Origin: Macrostomum hystrix
Lineage: Eukaryota; Animalia; Platyhelminthes
Assembly (NCBI GenBank): GCA_950097015.1
Contig: CATNEN010000038.1
Location: 496,001-560,000 of the forward strand
Length of the DNA: 64,000 nt
Reading direction: 5' to 3'
The notes beneath the pieces are model-generated. The model was not told the DNA's origin. It saw only the letters and a list, made by a program, of their open reading frames with translations, and searched no databases. A program made the position numbers and the translations under genes. Below are positions 22,910-36,719 of this stretch, piece after piece. The stretch's first letter is position 1. Each line of letters starts with the position of its first letter.

Positions 22910-25900
22910 ATGTCACTCTTCCAACCTGAGCACTGTCCTACTAATGCAGTAAGTGACAGCATGCAACATGCAAGAGGTGGCTTCAGTCCTTACAGTGCAA
23001 ATGGAGGGTAAGAAATTTGATGGCTTGCTATTAATGGTTCACATCTGATTAGGCCTAGCTTAGCTACCTGGAAAGAAGGACTCTCAAGTTTTAGTTTTGT
23101 TTTTAATTTTGATCTACTAAATATTTTCTGTGTAGCTAATATTAAAAGACTATATCTTTATTATTATGCATAAACAATATTAAGCTATGTATTTTTTGTA
23201 GAAACTATAGTATAGTTTTTATGTTAGCTGTTGCCTGTAAATACTTTTACTGGGTAACAGGACAATTCGGTAACAGACAATTCGGTAACAGACAGTTCGG
23301 TAACACCACAGGACAGTTCGGTAACACCACAGGACAGTTCGGTAACATATCAAGGGACAGTTCGGTAACAATTGATTAAACTGGATCGGAAGGGTTTTTT
23401 GCGAAGTTATTTTATATTTAGTTCGGTAAAGTTACAAAGTAAAATCAAAAGTAAAATTGCATGTTACATATTTCACATTTGGGCGTCAAATAAAAAATAA
23501 AACGTTAAAACTAAAAGCTAAAACTGAAACTGAACTGAAACTAAGACTGAAACTGAAACTAAGACTGAAGTCAAAGAAAAACATGTTACTTAGCGACAAT
23601 GTACCGTGCTGCGGCCCGCAAAATTTGATTTGCCGTTTTCGTCCCAGCCTGATACTCTGCCCAATACTGAAAGATCTTCGCCTCCTTTGACTGATGAGCG
23701 CGTCTCTGATAGCGGCAAAGTCTCTCCTGGGACACCAGCTTCGCCTGGAGAGAGGCCACCCTTGCCTCATTGAAAAGGAGCGCAGCTAGCTTGTAGAAGC
23801 CAAGGTTACCGCTTCGCGCCCTCTGATTGAGTCGATTGTGATAACCTTCCGGGCCATTGTTGGTTCGAATGCTACGGTTGAAAACGCTAACTTCGTCGAG
23901 CTGCCAGACATGACTGTGGATCCACGTGTTAGTGATGTATTCACAGAGTGCGCTCAGCTGCTCATTTTCTACTGCCTGTTGCAACTCCAAGAACTGAGCT
24001 TCCATGCGATTGCCAGGCAGAAAAGGGAGCGCCATTAATTTTTGGCAAAAGGCTCGGACTGTCTCATTGTTAGCATATGCCACTTGTAGGCCCAATGACT
24101 GCACTTGCTGCCAAATGGCTTGGGAGTAGTGGAAGTTGCAACCATGTCGCTTAACTTCCGGAAAAACTGACCTGACAGCTCTCCACATCGCTGCTTCAAA
24201 GTCGAGTCTGATGCTGATGAGCTGGCAGTCAGGAAGCATGTCTTTCAGAGCCTGTAACACTCGCCGGTAGTCCCGCTTGCTCTTGCCAGACATGAGAATG
24301 AATACCAAAGGTATTTGCTTGATGGACTCGTTCCGGCGTACATAGCCATGGAAGATGTAGAGCTGCAGAAATGGCTCCTTCACAACAAAAAATGTTCCGT
24401 CACCATACCACTCTTTACATTGTCCCAGCAGCTATAACTGTACATCGCTTGCAAAGATAAAGTGGCGTCGCCCATTTTCCTCAATGCGGACCTCACTTCA
24501 AAGAAAATTGTCTGGCAGTGCATCCTCGTGAACTTGGAAAAGCAGATCTCGTGGTTCGATGGGGCGCAGTGCAGCTCGCGCTCTATTCCCAGCTTTCGCA
24601 AGCAATTCTAGCTTTGGCAACTGCGGCAAGCCTTGTAACTTGTCTTCATTTTCCAGCATGAGTTGTTCGGCGATTTCAGCTGCTGGCTTGAATATCTCCT
24701 GTCGAGCTTGATCACGCACATCACGAACAATCTCTCTTCGCATCGATGGTTGTCCGACTGGCTGGCAGGTGTGCTCGCTCCTGCCAGAGGTGTATACACC
24801 ATTTGCCTCAATAGCGGAAGCAGCACATTTAGTGTTCGTGTTTCGGATTGTGCATCTCCAGTATGTTCGGTCACCACGACTGAACTGTCGACTGTAACTG
24901 AATCCATCAGAGCGGACCAGAATGTCCTTCCCCTTCTCAGAAGCACGTGGAATGAGAGTGAAGACAATAGGCACTGCTTGATGTGCTATAACCTGTGGTG
25001 GAGCATCTTCATCCATAGAGCTCTCTATATCGGCAGGGTGTTGTGGCTGCAGATCTGGTCGTAGGTCAACTTGAGCGAGCTCTATTTCCTCATCAGAAGA
25101 GCTCTCCATGGGGACATCCTGCTGCTGCTGTTGTTGTTGTTGATGATGATGCAGTTGCTGCAGTTCATGTTGATGCTGATGCGGTTGCTGTTGCTGATGC
25201 TGAGGCTGTGGTTGTGGTTGTGGTTGCCGGCAGTTGTTGCATCTCCATTGAAAGCAATCAAGTTGCTGAAGGGCACGGTACTCCAGCTGGCTGATGCCAC
25301 TGCCACAAGTGCGGTGTTGCCAGCAGTGACACTCATCGCATTGTAGACCTTGTTGTAGCCTACGTATGTCGTTGAAACAAACGACGCAGGCCGCGTGGTT
25401 CATGGTTCAACAATGTTACAATGTTTCTGATTCATGTTGACTGTTGAGGTATTTAATTGTGCTTTGTGACTGTCTACACTGTACTTCCCAACACTGTACT
25501 TGCCAATGCACATTACGTTCTTGCATTAGTCATATTTTAGCCCCATGTTCACCGTGCGGCTGTCCCCACAACCCTATTTTGCTGACCCTCTGCCATCTTG
25601 CATATAATACAATTCTTGTATATTGATATCAATGCTATAATAAATCGTATTTCAGCAGCCAACTAGCACACTTAAGGCCCATTCATACAGTCATCAAGTG
25701 AGGCCAAATTTTGTGTGATCACACAATTTGCACTAATTTTTCATCCCTTTGTACATCCCTTTGAACAAGCTTTTACCCTACTTGCACACTCTAAATGACG
25801 TGTCAGTTTCAGATACATCAGTAACATCAGTCAGTTGTGTCCTAGCAACGATAGTAGATACATTGTTAGAACAAACCTAGATTGTTTTTATTGACTTTCA

Positions 25901-28900
25901 ATTGTTACCGAACTGTACCCGGTGTGTTACCGAACTGTCTCTTGTATGTTACCGAACTGTCCTTGAGTGTTACCGAACTGTCTGTTACCGAACTGTCTGT
26001 TACCGAACTGTCCTGTATTCCTTTTACTGGCACTCATTTATTTTTGGTTGTTATTTATTTTTGCTGAAGCAAAAAATCCAAAGTTTTTATGTTCAGAATT
26101 TTTTTCCTGCTTAATTATTACATTGAACATTTACATTTACATTACATTTATTTTAGTACTATAGTATTTTTATCCTAGGGCTAATTTAGTATTATATTTT
26201 TATTCCCACTAACTCCACTCCACTCCACTCCAAGTTTTCTTGGTGCTTCTCTCATTAATATTGCTCTAAAGATTTTTTATACCAAATACATGTCTGTCAT
26301 TTATTATATGTCTGAATTCTTACTAAAGTCTATATAAACTGTACATCTAAGTAATTTCAATAATAATGCAGCCAAAATTGTTGTTAGGTTTTATTAGAAT
26401 TCATTTCTAAGAATGTATTTATGTTTTTAATAATACTATCTAAGCAGCATAATTATTAGGTATTTTTGTAGTGTATTTAGTTAGTCTGGTAACATGTTTA
26501 GTTATTCTTGCCAATATAATTTTTTGCTTTATTTACAACAGCTGCAAAAAGCAGGGAAAACACACTTTAAATGAGAATATCTAAAAAAGTAGTTGACAAA
26601 TTTGTGTGTCTAATGTGTCATTTTGTAGCAAGGATATGCAATGTTAGCAGTATCCTATGAAATAATTGACCCATACCTTTAGGTGAGGCATAAATAGGAT
26701 CATATGATGCATCTGAAAAACCATCAGAACACACTTTAAAGTTTATTCAGTAGCAAATCATTGGCAAAACTAATCATCCTGCATTTTATTTTAATGCAAA
26801 GTTTGGCATCAGAATCGGGCATACAATCTGGCTCAGGAGTTCCTGTTTTTGTTTTAACTTTTGCTTTGAGTGAACAATGTCAGGGAACACATGCATTTTT
26901 GGTAGAGTTCATAAAATGGAGTGTTTTTTGTTATACTTTGTACCAAAGACAATGCAATATTTTGTTATCTTTTGTTATACTGAAAATCTGTAAAAATAAT
27001 TTGAAACCTTGTTTTCTAAGAACTATGGCCATGGCCACCTAAGTAATTAATGTACAGCAGCTTGAACAAAGCTTGACACACTAGGTACATGTTGCTGACT
27101 AGCTAGTGGCTCTACTGTGGGTTGTATTGCTAAAGTAAAATGGCAAGCAGTGCAGCTATAATCAAATGTTGGCAAGAGTTTGAGTTGGCAGTACTGCTCT
27201 CCGCTTACACCAATTTGACATCTTGAATGTTGCCATAGCTGGAACAATGATCACATTGATGATCACAAATAAATCTAATCTAAAAGTATTTGTTATAATC
27301 CTAAATATGCCTCTTTTAAATTATATATTGTAGCAAATTCTTTATATTGACCACATGGTACTAAAAGCAGTTTCCTCCCCAAAAGCTGTACCAAAATGCA
27401 TGGCACCCTAAATAAATAAATGTAAATATAAATCAATTTATAATTACAAAAAGCTACTTCATCTCTTAGACTTAACCTACTCTAGCATTATAGTTGATTG
27501 AAAGAATTATTAAGTTAATTCTACCCCTATGCTGTCAATTGTTTATTTATTTATAGTTGGTAAATCAGGACTGATATTTGGCACTTAATTTTAGTATAAG
27601 TCTTTTTTAATACAAAGAATAATGCAAAATAGCCCCATATTCCTAATGTCATCTTGACTTGACTGTCTTTTATATATGGGCTAATTTCATGAGATGACGG
27701 TCATTTTGTTGGTGTACATAATAATCATTATTTGTACCAAAGACAAACTAACTTGAGACTTTGTATGTTCTATATTGATGGGCGTGACCTCTAGATTAAG
27801 ATAATATACATTTTAAAGTACTTTTATTTACTGTGTTAATGTAGCAGACAGAAACTTTCAATCATGGTCATTTTTTGTGAAAGTTGACATATTCACATTT
27901 TCAATGTAAGTTCAAAATTCCTGCAAATCAGACAAGTTTTTGTCTCAATCAGTCATTCGTTGTAGTAAACAATAGCTAGATAAACAGGTATAAACAAATT
28001 TCGCATGTTAGTAGCCAGTTTTAAGTGTGTTGGACATTTTTTCTTAGATGACGGTTGTTGGACTGACTGTCGTTTGTTTCAGAAAACGACCATCATTTTT
28101 AAAACAGCATAAGGAATCTATCTATTTTAGATAATATCTGGGTTTTAAGATTGTTTATAACTAATATTAGTTCTAATAAAAATATTTAATGCTTTTCTAA
28201 CCATAAAATTTATTACACTAATCTCACATTTCATATAAAACCTATCATGTACTTGTACCTTTAAGAAAACATAAACTTCAAGATTGTCTGACTCAATAAT
28301 CATAAAGATGGCTAATCAGTTAATAGAGAGAATAGTGCATGAAACAATTAAATAAACCAATGGCTTAGTATGACTTAACAAAAAAGAGAATTTATTTTAA
28401 GGCATATAAAAAAAGAATAACAGTATCTCTTAAAGGCTTGAATTCCAAGAACATGTATTGTCTTTAAAATTGACACAAGAAACTTTCACCAGAGAAATTT
28501 ATTAAAAATACACAACTTGAGAACAGTACTGACATAGTTAATTGTATGAATTTTATCAAATTTATGAAGAAATGATAGTACTAATGTTTTCTGAATATAT
28601 ACAGGTTTTAAGAATGCCAGGAAATGATGGTCGTTGGGTAACTTAGCAGGGTTTTTTAAGCATATTAAACTTATCACATGCTAACAAAAAAGATAATTTA
28701 ATTTAGATTTTTAGGCAAAGAAAATATTTTAGCAAAAAAATCACTTCACAAGCCTTTTGAACTTGGTATAACAACTTTTCATAAAAAATGATGGTCGTTT
28801 TTAACACATTACAAAAGCAAAGCCCAAACTTTTCTATTTCAGTTTTTGGATATAATAAAGTAAAGTTATTTTTATATTTATATTCTCTGAGTTAAATTTA

Positions 28901-30416
28901 AGACTAATTAGTTGCTTCATGAAAACTAGATTCACTTTTTATAATGTCCTGTGGAACATTAAAATGATTGTAGGGGTACTATGATCAAAACAAAAAATAT
29001 AAACCTAAAGGTAGATAAATATGTTAACAACTACTGGAACATAAAACCATATATAATTTTGTACATTGTCCCATTGATGACCTTCTCATAGAATTACCCT
29101 ATGGACAGTATATAATATATTGTAAAGAGTTATATTTTTATATAAATATGCAACTTTTATATAAAGTTACCATAATGGCTCTGTCTATTGGTAATAATTC
29201 GCAGAACCCTTCTGGGAATCGCTGGCGAGGACTACTCCCTAGTGGCCTCTGACACTCGTCTATCTGATTTTGACTACTACATGATTCACTCGCGCCGTCA
29301 TCCGCACATCTGGGAGATGACACCCAGCGTCATGGTTGGCGGTGTCGGCTTTCAGGTTCGATTCTGGCTGCTGCAAACTTTTTATTTTTTGACTGAGGCC
29401 TATTGTCTCACCGATAGTTGGTCATTATCTTGTAGTGAAAAAACTTAAAGGATCAGATGATAGAGTAACAGCTGCCCTGAAGTATCAGATGAAAGAGTAA
29501 CAACAGCCCTGAAGTATCAGATGATAGAGTAACAACAGCCCTGAAGTATCAGATGATAGAGTAACAACAGCCCTGAAGTATCAGATGAAAGAGTAACAAC
29601 AGCCCTGAAGTATCAGATGATAGAGTAACAACTGTCCTGAAGTATCAGATGATAGAGTAACAACAGCCCTGAAGTATCAGATGATAGAGTAACAACTGCC
29701 CTGAAGTATCAGATGAAAGAGTAACAACAGCCCTGAAGTATCAGATGAAAAAGTCCTGATAATTTATCCATACAGGGCGACTGCCTGACCTTCATGAAGA
29801 TGATGCAGACCAAAGTGAAGATGTACCAGTACGAGTTCGGCCGCAGTCCTGACACCTCGGCCATCGCCCAGATGATTTCAATCGCTCTGTACAATCGTCG
29901 ATTCTTTCCCTACTATGTCTATAACATGGTGGCCGGCCTCGATTCCGATGGTCGGGGCGCCCTGTACACCTACGATCCAGTTGGCTGCGTCGAGCGAGAA
30001 ATGTACCGCGCTGAGGGCAGCTCAGCGGCCATCGTGCAGCCATTCTTGGACAACCAGATTGGCCGCAAGAATCAGGGCGATGTTGCTGGACCCGGTTTGT
30101 TCTTCGTTTTAGTTTTATGGCCTTCCCAGATCTTTACAGTAACAATTCTCTCATATTCTATTGTTGATAGACTCATCTATTCTTTCTGATCCCTAGATCA
30201 ATTCAGTTATCCCCTCAAACCCCCAAATCTCAACTGAGGTATGCTTTGCCCACCGCAGGACTCCTTGCGCTACCGAAAGAAGACGCCATCAAGCTGGCTC
30301 GCGACATCTTCATCAGCGCTGCTGAGCGGGACACCTGCTGCGGCGACGGCGTTGTTGTTAAGGTAATCACCTCCGCCGGCGCCGAGAGCTACAGCTTCCC
30401 GCTGCGACGCGACTAA
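22910..30416 (+). CDS. PSMB1: 20S proteasome subunit beta type-1 (beta6)
   Basis: Exons 22910-23007 (..FSPYSANGG), 29205-29355 (TLLGIAGEDYSLVASDTRL), 29776-30094 (LYNRRFFPYY..YTYDPVG..QPFLDNQIG) and 30259-30416 (SAAERD..GDG..LRRD*). Phases are consistent. Confidence 0.95.
23253..26020 (-). mobile_element. Mutator-superfamily (Phantom-like) DNA transposon in PSMB1 intron 1
   Basis: 9-bp TSD CTTTTACTG at 23244-23252 and 26021-26029. TIRs are built from tandem (gac)agttcggtaaca subrepeats (23253-23370; inverted 25902-26020). Internal transposase present. Confidence 0.93.
23586..25403 (-). pseudogene. MULE transposase (PHD finger, polyQ, FLYWCH zinc finger, DDE domain) with two in-frame stops
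   Basis: ORFs 25403-24498 and 24383-23586 are in the same frame, with stops TGA 24498-24500 and TAG 24432-24434. Motifs CVVC..CDECHCWQHRTC..CNNC, YWRC..C..H, WYGDGTF, LDFE, GCNFH and RTNNGPEGYH. Confidence 0.9.
29452..29750. repeat. 32-bp intronic minisatellite (ctgaagtatcagatgatagagtaacaacagcc)
   Basis: About 9 copies in PSMB1 intron 2. Confidence 0.95.
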
Positions 30417-30914
30417 CTCTAACTTGAGAGTTTCTGGGATCTGATCCCTAATTAACTTTTACCTGTTGACTAAGCCCCCAATGTCCCAGTGTACCGTCGT
30501 GCCCTTTCTGCGTTTCTCTTAACTCCCTTATTTTAGTCTCAATATTCTGGCTATTCTCAATTCAATATAAAATAAGTAGGAGATAAGTTAATGCTCAAAA
30601 ATGGGATCCTAATTCTGAAAAATCCTCATGTTAAAACTCGCGCCTACATGAATTATCGTTTGTTCTCTAATGTCAAGCTAATGCCAGTTGAATTTGAAGC
30701 AAATAAGTGGGATCCACTAATTGCTTTGTAAAACTTATAGGATTGCTAAGTTTGACACGCGCAAGGTTTCATAATATACAGAAAGGCGACAAGCTTCTTA
30801 AGTAGTACATTTATGTTCGCCTAGACCTGTTGTTTCTAAACAATGCTGTTGCTGCAATGTTTGCAACCCCTACTAAATATTCTATGTTGTTTTGTTGCTT
30901 TATATATTTATTAC

Positions 30915-31648
30915 AACCGTAACTTCTCACGACTGCAACCATAACTTCTCACGACTGCAACCATGACTTCTCACGACTGCAACCATAGCTTCTCACGACT
31001 GCAACAATGACTTCTCACAGCTGCAACCATGGCTTCTCACAGCTGCAACCATGACTTCTCACGACTGCAACAATGGCTTCTCACGACTGCAACAATGACT
31101 TCTCACGACTGCAACAATGGCTTCTCACGACTGCAACCATAGCTTCTCATGACTGCAACCATAACTTCTCATGACTGCAACCATAGCTTCTCACGACTGC
31201 AACAATGACTTCTCACGACTGCAACAATGGCTTCTCACGACTGCAACCATAGCTTCTCACGACTGCAACAATGACTTCTCACAGCTGCAACCATGGCTTC
31301 TCACAGCTGCAACCATGACTTCTCACGACTGCAACAATGGCTTCTCACGACTGCAACAATGACTTCTCACGACTGCAACAATGGTTTCTCACGACTGCAA
31401 CCATAACTTCTCACGACTGCAACCATAGCTTCTCATGACTGCAACCATAGCTTCTCACGACTGCAACAATGACTTCTCACGACTGCAACAATGGCTTCTC
31501 ACGACTGCAACCATAACTTCTCACGACTGCAACCATAGCTTCTCATGACTGCAACCATAGCTTCTCACGACTGCAACAATGACTTCTCACGACTGCAACA
31601 ATGGCTTCTCACGACTGCAACAATGACTTCTCACAGCTGCAACCATAG
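30915..31648. repeat. 22-bp minisatellite (gactgcaaccatagcttctcac)
   Basis: About 33 copies. Confidence 0.96.
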
Positions 31649-33120
31649 CCTCTCTCAGCCCCATCCATAGCCTCTGTCGGGTACAAATGCTTCAATGTGC
31701 ACAAGTTTTACCAACCGATCCTATAGGGCCTACTTTTAGTAGTTCAAAGAAGATATATGACATGAATTTTCGCTAACACTCACAAAATGAAAATTGTAAA
31801 ATTTTGCCACTTGATCGAGATGTACAGCCAGATGTACAGCTGGCAGCTATTGCACAGCGCTCAGGAATTAAGTATCAAAGGCTACATGCTCGCAGCCTTA
31901 GGAATTCAATAAGTCAATGACAAACCGACAGTAGTTTTGCGTACTGCAAATACTCGTAGACTTTCTAAAACTTAAACAAATCACAAAATTATTCAAAATT
32001 ATTTTTCGTAAGTGTAATGAATGTAGGACATCTATACCGCATAGTTACGAGCCTACACAAAATAAATTATCTTTCAAAGACAGCTACATTTACAGTCTGC
32101 GTGTCGCCTTAGGGAACATTTACAGAAGCACAGCAAATACCGTTATTAGCTGTAAGTAAGTTAAGATCCCTGCTGCATGTTGGACGCGTGCACTGCATGT
32201 TAATTTAGTATTATTGACCATTTATAAGTGATTAACCGAGATTTAGGTAAAAATCCTAAGCAGTACTTGTCTGCTACTGTATGCAGATAGAATGCAATTG
32301 ACGCGTACAATACAGCAGGCTACCTAAGCGAAAGAATTTATGGCGAAATTTTGATATTTTTAACTGAAAAATTCTCTTCTGTGTTCTAAGAAAAACACGA
32401 AATTCTAGATGCAATTACAAGGTGTAGAGAGGATCTTTCTTAGAAAAAAACTGTGTACAGCTCTTCAGAAACTGCGTTGCGCCAGTTTATTGCGGCATAA
32501 TATGGCATCAAAAGAAACTGTGTGCGAAAATTGTGCACCGAAGAATAGAGAATTGTCTTTTCCGGCAGAAATTAGCCTCTTATTGTGCGCAGAAACAAAG
32601 AATGTCAGGTAAAACCTGCGAAATTGAATTAATTGGAAACACTTTATAAGGTTGAAAATACTTGTGTACGAGTACAATGAATAGCCAAAATGCCTTGATG
32701 GCTACTGTAGGATTATTACCCGAAGTTTCTAAACATGGAAGCAACTCACCTTTGTAGGCAATCAAATACGAAGTCTGCTTAAATAAATCACAAATTTGCT
32801 CTTCCAATGAAACTTCCTAAAGCGCAAATAGCTTTGATAGCAACTCCTAAATATGATTAAGTGCTGAGCTTCGCGAATCACTCTTCGCTCGTATTCGTAT
32901 GCTTTTCCCACACGTTATAAAAAAGTGCATGTAAGCTAATATAAAACCACTCTAGGTAAAGTATTTCCGTAATTATATCATCCTAAACTTGATTGAAAAT
33001 GTTTTACGTGCTGTCGATAATGGTACAGTACCTGCGGTATTGAAAGTGCACAATTGTACAGCTTTACTGCGTTCATAGTTAGTTCCAACTGCCTGAGAAA
33101 GTAGAAACTCATTATAGTAG

Positions 33121-35420
33121 CTATGCAAAGCTGCTGCTAGGCAGTTGGTACTGCTGTATTTCGCGCAGCAAATCCTCGTCATCGTCGTCGTCGCCATCTT
33201 CGTCGCCTGTCTCCTCGAACTCTACCCCGCCAAACACCGGCTGCTGAACTTCGAAATCATCGTCTATGTACAGATCGTCCGATGCTGGCGGATAGAGTCC
33301 ACTAGCGGCCGCGGCGTCAAAAGTGGTGGGAGCGGTGGGGTGGGATGGACTGCAGAGCTGCTCAGTATGTCTCCCTGCTGTATGTTGCTTAGTTGGATAT
33401 GGAAGCAAAATGCTGTTGCTTTTTACAGGACTGTTGTTTGCGCTTCTGCTGCCACCGTCGGAAACAATCAGCTGACGCTGTTGATACGCTGCTGCGTGAG
33501 GAGGCAATGGCGGCGGTGGTGGTGGCGATCTTGGCGGAGTCATGTCTGAGCTTGATCGATCCGAAGCTGTTGACAGCAGTGTCGAGCTGTTGTCATCGCC
33601 GGTGCCTGGAGTCTTCTCTCGCTGAACTATTCGCCTGCGCTGGATCTGTACAGGCGGTGGCTGCCTCTGTTGCCTTGACTGTTGCTGCTGCTGTTGATGA
33701 GGCCTCTTTGGCTCGGTTACCAACTCCTGATCGCTGCTGATTGTCAACTCAGAGGGGGAACCGTTTGTGGAAGTGGGTGGGCCTGCTGCAGTTGTTGTCT
33801 CGCAATCTTTATTTACGGAGATGGGAATTTCGTCAATGTCGGACAAGATGAGAAAGCGGTCAGTGGTGAGCTCGGAGTCGCTGCACACGGCCTGCCGGTT
33901 GAGCCTGGCTCGGTATCTGTCGAGCTTCTCCCTAGCGCGCAAAAATGTTTCCAAATCTACGGCTACAAGCGTTGCGCCTGCGCAGATGGCGCTGCCTACA
34001 GTGGCTGTGAGATTGAGCACCGATTGTTCCCGACGATTGCGCACCTCTGAGTTGGGTCTTGAGCTCCGCTGCTGTCGCTCAGGCCTGTTCGCCGTGTTGT
34101 TACCGATGGTGGAGCAGCCGGTGAATTCCAGTGTGTAGTAGTTGCTTCCGCCTCTGCAGCCAGGACGGCAGACTTCCTCGCCAGCCAGCTGATAGGCTTT
34201 GTCTGCCGCACCGTCGCAGGAGCTGGCTACGGCAGCCGCGGTTGCAGCGATGGTGCAGTCGGGTGGGCAGCACATCACAGGCGGACACTGAGAATGCGTG
34301 CAGGAGTCCCCTGTAAGTCGCGTCACAGCGTTCTGTAAAACAGCGTTCAGTCGATTTGCAGCCGTTGATGTCTTGCTGCCGGCAGGCAGGCCTGGCGTCT
34401 GCTGCTCCGTTGACCGCTGGTGAAGGTACTGCGGATCGATGGTCTGAGTGAGCATCGACACTAGCGCAGTTGTCAGCTGTTGGTTGACTCGCTCAACTTC
34501 AGAGAGGCGCTCCCTCAGGTAGGTGCACTCTTCAGTGAGATTCTGAAATGTTCAGACTCAGAATTGAGTTTTACAAAGTTCGCTAGCGTGACAATGTCTC
34601 CCTGAGGTCACCCACCTTCTGGATTAGCGTGTTCTGGATCATTTGATTGGCTAGCTCGTCAGTGAATCTGCCAGCCTGCAGCAGCTCCTGTCGGAGCAGG
34701 CCGTTCTCCCTCTCCAGGCTGGAGAGCCGCTGCGCACAGCCCACCTGCTCCAGTCGGTCCAGGCGGCCATTCAGCTGGCTTCGATGGCTGTCGCCGTCCT
34801 GTTGACATTGACAACGGTTCGTAAACGACAAAGTGAGTCCTATATGTTGCATAGTGCTTTTAGTCTCCGCGCTGTTCGAGCGAATCAACTCAATCACAGA
34901 TAGCTTCAGCAGAACTAATTACCTGGTAGCTCTGCTTAATCCCTTGGCACTCCTTCTCCAGCAGTTCCAGTCGCTTGATAGCGTCATCGAATCGTCCGGA
35001 GAGGCTGAAACAGCGAAATTCCACAGAATTTAACGAGGAAATTCATGCGTAAAGCTACCTTTTTCTGAATATTAGCTGGCTAATTAAAACAAAAAAGCTG
35101 CTACGTCTCGTGAATCTTTAACCTTGTTTTAATCAGCAAGGTGGAGTCAGGTGCCAAGCTAAGCTTATTGCTCTCGTCTAATTATTCATCATCCGCAGCA
35201 TCACGTGCTTAATCTACAGGTAAGTATGCACTTACAGTTTGCCAGCCTCCTGGGACTTTTTCAGCTGCAATCGAACCTCCTCGGCAGTGGCTGCTGTCGC
35301 AGCTGCCGTTTGAGCAGTGCTGGCGTGCTCAGAGTAGTACTCAGAGCTTGCGCCGCCGTTGATGCTGCTGTTGCTGCAGACTGACGCATGCAGCTGCGGC
35401 TGAATCACCGGACGCTTTCG
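33121..35420 (-). CDS. NCKAP5/NCKAP5L-like coiled-coil protein with long low-complexity C-terminus (3' exons)
   Basis: Exons 35420-35236, 35004-34923, 34798-34616 and 34542-33121, with consistent phases. Spliced TDELANQMIQNTLIQK|NLTEECTYLRERLSEVERVNQQL resembles the recalled NCKAP5 motif DEVANQVVQALLTQKDLREEC. Confidence 0.75.
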
Positions 35421-35827
35421 CTGTAACGAGCAAAAGCACACGAGCTGTGTGATCAGTCGAGCGAGGAAATTGTATTCGCCTCCTGTTCCGCTTAGCCTTC
35501 GTGAAATTTTAGTGCAACCAATGAGCTGCCTCACTGTTGAGTCCCAGAATCTAAATTCACTAAAGCGATCCTGTTTTCATTAGTATCGCTTGAGTTGGCA
35601 GCCTGGAGGGCAAGGCTCGCCATGATCAAGACTGCCAGCTTTGAGGATCAAGTTCTTTTCACATTATGAGGCCGAAAAGTTCAACAAAGCACGGATTTGT
35701 GCATTGCTCATTAATTTTATCTATCTCTTTTTGTTCACAGCTACATTTCTTAGTCAACGAGATTTTAGTCTTCTTAGTTTGTCTGACTTTCTGTGTGTAT
35801 CTCTGCACTTCTGTGTCTCACCCCCGC

Positions 35828-36120
35828 TTCTCTGTCACTCTGTCACTCTGTCACTCTGTCACTCTGTCACTCCATCATCTTGTCACTCTGTCACTCTGTC
35901 ACTCTGTCACTCCGTCACTCTGTCACTCCGTCATCTTGTCACTCTGTCACTCTGTCACTCTGTCATCTTGTCACTCTGTCACTCTGTCACTCTGTCACTC
36001 TGTCACTCTGTCACTCTGTCACTCCGTCATCTTGTCACTCTGTCACTCTGTCACTCTGTCATCTTGTCACTCTGTCACTCTGTCACTCTGTCACTCTGTC
36101 ACTCTGTCACTCTGTCACTC
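35828..36120. repeat. 8-bp repeat (tgtcactc)n
   Basis: Direct inspection. Confidence 0.95.
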
Positions 36121-36719
36121 AGACAGGAAACAGAAGCAGAAGCAGCCAGCCGGCTTCAGCCTCCATTAGCGCCAGCCAGACATAAGCTCAACGAAGCGCG
36201 AGCTGACAGCTTTCCTATCCTACCACAACAGCCTCCCTGAACACCCCAATACCATTTGCAGTCATTAGCGCTGGCCTGCATCGGGTATGTTGTGGAGACA
36301 CACACACTGAGTAGGTAGATGCAGATTTACTACTGCAGTCGCGGAGCACGAGGATTTTGGGAGACCTCTCCTCACCCACCCACTTCCCACAAAAAGTGTA
36401 GCAACTCCCGTTCCGCGCGTCAGACTCTGGGGATGAGAAAAAGTTAATTCTGGCCCGCGGCGGTGGCTGGAGTAGAGTGGAGTCTTTCCGACTGCGCGGT
36501 TCAGTTTCGTCCTGTCTCGCATTCTCCCACTCTCCGTCTCCTGTTTCTCATCGACTTCAGCTCCCATACAGTGTGCTCAGTGCTTTCTGAGTACCCGTTC
36601 TCAGCTGATGGAAAACTGCCCTGTCTTCACGGCTCCTCTCTGCTAATTATAAAGTTCTTATCTACCACCATCTACTCCCCGGTCTCCATGCAGTTTTAAA
36701 CTCACTTTTTAACTTGTTT

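Noticed and set aside
24432-24500. Stop-codon reassignment or selenocysteine readthrough in the transposase
   Set aside because: Host genes here terminate with TGA, TAA and TAG, and two different stops are more simply explained as nonsense mutations.
26100-29150. AT-rich remainder of PSMB1 intron 1 with a few short ORFs
   Set aside because: No coding signal or structure found beyond the recurring short gatgacggtc/gatggtcgtt motifs.
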